Virus record (IMG/VR): IMGVR_UViG_3300028030_000011
Span: 12,294-76,293 of that record
Strand: one strand, 5' to 3'
Length of the DNA: 64,000 bases
Source of the DNA: a virus
The translations under genes and the position numbers were made by a program. How positions within the stretch are numbered: the first letter of the stretch is position 1; the number at the start of each line of letters is the position of its first letter. Below are positions 59,682-64,000 of the stretch, piece after piece. The notes under the pieces are model-generated. The model was not told the DNA's origin. It saw only the letters and a list, made by a program, of their open reading frames with translations, and searched no databases.

Positions 59682-61796
59682 ATGCCAAAAACAAACAAAA
59701 TAAATACCATGTCAATCGCATTCTCAAAATTCTTCAGTAACAATGTTTCTATTGAGAACCATAAAAAGTTCAAATTTATGAGTGAATCTCAAAAAGAACA
59801 GTTAATAGCTATTCTCGACCTTAAGGAGTCAATTAGAACTATTCTTGATGACATCAAATATCAAAGTGGTTTAATAGCTTTTAAGAAAAATAATATTGCT
59901 ACATATGATTATTTAATGGCATTGTCAAATATTGACAACAAAGATAAAATAATCAAATCTATAGTTAAAGGTCTGTCTCTTGTCGAAGAGAAAACAATCA
60001 TTCAAGAGTTCATAGGTCATATCTACTTTCAGTTACCTAGAATTGGATTAAAAGGTGGAGCGTTATATCATCCATTTTTATATCAAAAGGCAATCTTGGA
60101 GACAGCATTTAGTATTGTCAATCTATTAGTCGATAATGAAGTTATTATGACCTATACTGAACCACCTAAACAGATTACTATTGATGGTGTCACCAAATAT
60201 ACTCGTAGAAAATGGATATATCGTCCTGATGTTATTCCATATCGTGAAGCTAAAAATGAGAATAAACCTCGTAAGAATGTTCTAATTAAAGGTACAACTA
60301 AGCGTATCAAATATACTCAATTTGAATTAGACTTCTTAGATGCGTATAATACTCATCTTTTAAATACTGTTAGAGTTAAAGAACGTCATTCATCACTTGG
60401 TGACATCTATTTCCTTATTCTTTTAAATGAAGAGCTTGAAGCTCAAAGTAGTAGACCATATCCAATTAGTATAGCGAACATAGTTCCTAGACTTGAAAAA
60501 GTTAGAGAAGATTATAACTCTATGCTTGGTCATAGTCATCATCTTAATCCTTGGTTAGATAGTCGTGGTAGAAACTATTATGGTCTTACTACTTGTGGTG
60601 TTAATCCTCATGGTGATAGTTATGAGAAACATCATTGGGAAACAATTGAACCATACATACTTGATGAAAGAGCTGTAGAGATACTTAGAATAGCTTGTGT
60701 AAGAGTTCTTACTGGTGAGAAGCTAACAGATAAACAAGCTATCAAAAAGTATAAACCTGAGATGATTAAAGAGTTACAAAAACCTCTTAAACAAATCTTC
60801 GCTCATCTAAAAGATAAAAGTAAAGATGATAAACTTGCTTTCTTGAAACAATTTAACATCAATAAAAAGGTTTATGGTAACATGGTCTATCAATATGAAT
60901 TAGGTGTAGAACTTATGAAGAGTGTTGGTGATGAAAGTCATTATATTCACTATAAGGATGTTACCAATTTAGGACTATTAAACTTTGCATTACAGTTCAA
61001 GTCTCCTAACTGTCTACTTATGGTAAACCTCTTGAAACAGAATAAGGTTTATGATAGTCATCAAATAAACCTTGATGCTATTAAGTTTATTGACCCTAGT
61101 AATAATATGACTCGTAAATATTTTAAAGATAATGCTAGTCAAGGTTTGAATCATGGTCAACGACCTGAGGCAATAGCTGAGAATCTAGGTATAAAATTAC
61201 CTCTATTTGATAAAGCTATGATTGAATCAATGGGTCAAGAGTATGTATCTCCATCTATAATCGCAGATTGGTTCAGTAAAATCAAGTCTAACTATGTAAC
61301 TTGGAAGACCTCTGATGAATTTACAGCTAGACATACCAACTACATCAAGTCTATGAATCTCACCATTTATGGACTTGATGAATCTGAAAAAGGTTATACT
61401 AAAACTAGTATCTATCAAGACATGCCATTATATAAGATTAATGGTAAAGTATTCTTAGGTAATAATGACCCTAAAACAGAGGTTAAATCATATGGTGGAT
61501 TTGCCAACATAACTCACTCTATTGAGTATATGAGAAAATTAATCTCTATCATGGTTAAAGCCAATAAGCCATTTCTTGGTATTCATGACAACAATGGTTC
61601 ACGACTTATTGATTGTGACAAAGTCACAAAAGAAGTTCTTGGTATATTTAGAGAGCAATTCAAAGGCGAGAACGAATATATTCGTATCATGAAAGATGTT
61701 GGAGCTAAAGAGGGTAGAGATATACCTGAATTGGTTTTACCGATAAAGGAAGCCAAGAGTATTAACAAGAATGCTAAGAACTTCTTAGTTGAGTAG
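59682..61796 (+). CDS. single-subunit T7/N4-RNAPII-family RNA polymerase
   Basis: DSRGRNY, KDVTNLGL (A), RKYFK...HG (B variant), IHDN (C). Confidence 0.8.
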   Translation: MPKTNKINTMSIAFSKFFSNNVSIENHKKFKFMSESQKEQLIAILDLKESIRTILDDIKYQSGLIAFKKNNIATYDYLMALSNIDNKDKIIKSIVKGLSLVEEKTIIQEFIGHIYFQLPRIGLKGGALYHPFLYQKAILETAFSIVNLLVDNEVIMTYTEPPKQITIDGVTKYTRRKWIYRPDVIPYREAKNENKPRKNVLIKGTTKRIKYTQFELDFLDAYNTHLLNTVRVKERHSSLGDIYFLILLNEELEAQSSRPYPISIANIVPRLEKVREDYNSMLGHSHHLNPWLDSRGRNYYGLTTCGVNPHGDSYEKHHWETIEPYILDERAVEILRIACVRVLTGEKLTDKQAIKKYKPEMIKELQKPLKQIFAHLKDKSKDDKLAFLKQFNINKKVYGNMVYQYELGVELMKSVGDESHYIHYKDVTNLGLLNFALQFKSPNCLLMVNLLKQNKVYDSHQINLDAIKFIDPSNNMTRKYFKDNASQGLNHGQRPEAIAENLGIKLPLFDKAMIESMGQEYVSPSIIADWFSKIKSNYVTWKTSDEFTARHTNYIKSMNLTIYGLDESEKGYTKTSIYQDMPLYKINGKVFLGNNDPKTEVKSYGGFANITHSIEYMRKLISIMVKANKPFLGIHDNNGSRLIDCDKVTKEVLGIFREQFKGENEYIRIMKDVGAKEGRDIPELVLPIKEAKSINKNAKNFLVE

Positions 61797-61836
61797 CCCA
61801 TTATGGTTACTTACAGTATTTTGAACCACCAAACAC

Positions 61837-61882
61837 ACAGCCCAAGTAGGACTTTAATTAGTTCTGCTTGGGCTGTTTTTTT
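61837..61882 (+). terminator. intrinsic terminator
   Basis: ACAGCCCAAGTAGGACT/AGTTCTGCTTGGGCTGT stem plus T7. Confidence 0.8.
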
Positions 61883-62117
61883 ACACACACAACACATTTG
61901 CTTTAATTTTTTTATTATCAAGATAGTGTTGAGGATGTGTACTGTGACCACTAGGGTCATTTTTGTGGATTCAAATCTATATCGTTTGATAGTGCTTATA
62001 GTACTTATGGTGATATGATATTGGTCGTTGTATCAAGTTAATGATTAATATTGTGTTACCATTGGTTTATTTGCATCTGATATGGGTTTTGTCTAATCAC
62101 TTTTAAAAGGATTCAAA

Positions 62118-62660
62118 ATGAACTTAAAAAAGCTAACTAAAGCTAAAATTCTTGAACTTATTGACAATACAGGTCAATCTTTGTCGTACTTGAAAAAGTT
62201 GAATAAAGAAGAGCTAATTGCTTATTATCAAAATAATGTAAAGCTTGAAGATGACGATGTTATTTTAAACGAAGTCTGTTTGTCATTGGCACAAAAAAAA
62301 CTTCATTCTGCTGTTGAAAAGGTAAAAGAACTTAAGCTTCTTGAAATGAATAGTGATGAGTGGATTGATTTCATAATTCAAAAAGCTCGTGAAGCTAAGT
62401 TGAGACCAGAATATAAGAATAGAACATTATCTAGTCTTATTGATGGTCAAGATTTCTATCATAAGAAACTTATATCTGATGCTCGTAGAGCTGCAGAAAA
62501 TATTTCTGTAGCAACTAAAAAAGAGTATGAAAATATTCTCTTTGAACAGCTACAAGAAGCTGGTGACCAAAAAGCTGTACAAGAATATACAGCTGAAAAA
62601 GCTAAAAAACTATTTGCTATTGACTTTCATAGTGATAAACCTGTAGAGGAGGTATCATAA
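62118..62660 (+). CDS. hypothetical early protein
   Basis: 180-aa ORF with AAAGGA RBS. Confidence 0.6.
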   Translation: MNLKKLTKAKILELIDNTGQSLSYLKKLNKEELIAYYQNNVKLEDDDVILNEVCLSLAQKKLHSAVEKVKELKLLEMNSDEWIDFIIQKAREAKLRPEYKNRTLSSLIDGQDFYHKKLISDARRAAENISVATKKEYENILFEQLQEAGDQKAVQEYTAEKAKKLFAIDFHSDKPVEEVS

Positions 62661-63091
62661 TGCCTTCTCATAAGTACGAAATAACTCCATTAACATATCA
62701 AGAGTTTGTTGATAAGTATCATACTGTAAGCTCATTTGCTTATAGAAGATATTTATTGACCAATAGAGACAACCACCATTATAATGATGTTTGTATTCGT
62801 GAGTGGTTCAATGAGCAATTAAAAACAAATCTTATCATTACTGATATTGATACTCTCAGAACTGTGCCTAATAATATTGGCTATCATCACATGGAAGTAA
62901 ATTTTAATGATGGTGAAGAGTGTTCTACTAAAATGATATTTACAATTATTAAAGATTGTATCAAATTTCAAAGAACACTTCATTCATTTAAAGCAGGTAC
63001 TGATACTATCTCTAATGATTCCAAATATGGTATTAGAATGTATGGTAATAATTATAAATTCTATATTGTATTGCCATCTATTAAAAATTAG
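62660..63091 (+). CDS. hypothetical protein
   Basis: GAGGAGG RBS, TAATG coupling. Confidence 0.55.
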   Translation: MPSHKYEITPLTYQEFVDKYHTVSSFAYRRYLLTNRDNHHYNDVCIREWFNEQLKTNLIITDIDTLRTVPNNIGYHHMEVNFNDGEECSTKMIFTIIKDCIKFQRTLHSFKAGTDTISNDSKYGIRMYGNNYKFYIVLPSIKN

Positions 63092-63108
63092 GTTATTTCT
63101 AGTCTCCG

Positions 63109-63191
63109 ATAGCACTGGTTCATAATTGAGGGTAAGGTCTTTTATATCCTTTCAACTTACTCTCACTTATGAATCATGTGCTATTTTTTTT
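63109..63191 (+). terminator. long hairpin terminator
   Basis: ATAGCAC-TGGTTCATAA...TTATGAATCA-T-GTGCTAT followed by a T run. Confidence 0.6.
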
Positions 63192-63322
63192 AAAAGATAG
63201 TGTTCTCTACAGAGCCAATATAAGCCATTTTACCTCTTATGGTATGCTATGGTATTGGTTCGATAGAGAATAGCGATTCTAAGCTATTCTGATTCAAAAT
63301 AAATACATATAAAGGATTTCTT

Positions 63323-63676
63323 ATGGAAAGAGAATTTAAACAAATTGGTACAACATCATTAAAAGTTGTAGAAACGTCTTTAAAGACATTAGACCTAGTG
63401 GTTAATGAGATAGCATTACCTATAGAGAGTTATGCTCAAAATCAGCAAGATAGACGTGCTGAGAGAGCTAAACACTCTGATAGTAATAGACTATTTATTC
63501 AAGCTGATGAAACTGATAAGATTAAAGAAGAGTTTGCTGAAAGATATATTCGTATTAGAGATAGTATCAATAGACGTAAACAAAACTTTCTCAATAATGG
63601 CTTTACACAAGATGAAGCTGATGCAATGGTTAAAGATGATATGGATAACTTGAAAGAGTTAGCTAAGCTATTATAG
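63323..63676 (+). CDS. hypothetical early protein
   Basis: 117-aa ORF with AAAGGA RBS. Confidence 0.55.
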   Translation: MEREFKQIGTTSLKVVETSLKTLDLVVNEIALPIESYAQNQQDRRAERAKHSDSNRLFIQADETDKIKEEFAERYIRIRDSINRRKQNFLNNGFTQDEADAMVKDDMDNLKELAKLL

Positions 63677-63680
63677 ATAT

Positions 63681-63707
63681 AAGAGTAACTTAGGTTGCTC
63701 TTTTTTT
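63681..63707 (+). terminator. intrinsic terminator
   Basis: AAGAGTAAC/GTTGCTCTT plus T run. Confidence 0.7.
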
Positions 63708-63729
63708 GAGTAAGATAGTGTTTGTTTCC

Positions 63730-63985
63730 ATTATTTCCATATTGTTTCCACTTTTGTTGGAAACTATATCTTATTTCTTACTATTTCTTACTATTTCTTA
63801 TCTATTTCCGACCTATTTCCGAGAAATAGGTAATAGTGTCTCCCAAAAAATTAGGAAATATTTATATTGTGGGAAGAACTAGATATGAAATAGATAGGAA
63901 ATAGGTCGGAAATAGGCTATTTCCGATTACCTTTAATCTATTTCCGATATTTCCTATATTTTTTTACATATCTATTTCCTATATA
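63730..63985. repeat. TATTTC-rich repeat region with 19-bp perfect inverted repeat
   Basis: CTATTTCCGACCTATTTCC (63802-63820) versus GGAAATAGGTCGGAAATAG (63897-63915); tandem CTATTTCTTA. Confidence 0.75.
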
Positions 63986-64000
63986 TCTAGTTCTTATACA

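Noticed and set aside
1-64000. tRNA/rRNA genes, DNA polymerase, nrdA, reverse transcriptase/DGR, alternative genetic code
   Set aside because: None recognised. Long ORFs are intact under the standard code, and the polymerase and nrdA probably lie outside the window

Overview
AT-rich (about 30% GC by eye) genome segment of an N4-like (Schitoviridae-type) podophage. The host is probably in the Campylobacterota, judging from the NrdB and ThyX sequence style, TGnTATAAT promoters and AAGGA ribosome-binding sites. The window holds a replication/nucleotide-metabolism block (+, 1-13.8 kb), a 3626-aa virion RNA polymerase, N4-type structural genes with one block apparently inverted, nrdB split by a group I intron carrying an HNH gene, capsid/portal/lysis/tail/terminase genes (-), and an early region with an unsplit T7-family RNA polymerase. 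The most unusual signal has three linked parts. (i) Two arrays of repeat-bounded cassettes each carry a Rha/KilA-N + KilAC-like DNA-binding gene. (ii) One leader-RNA architecture (long hairpin plus a downstream 14-20 nt antisense copy of its inner arm and loop) recurs at least six times with different sequences. (iii) The heptamer TGAACCA/TGGTTCA is heavily over-represented genome-wide and also forms the palindrome in the cassette repeats. All counts were made by eye and need computational confirmation; family assignments come from recalled motifs, not database searches.
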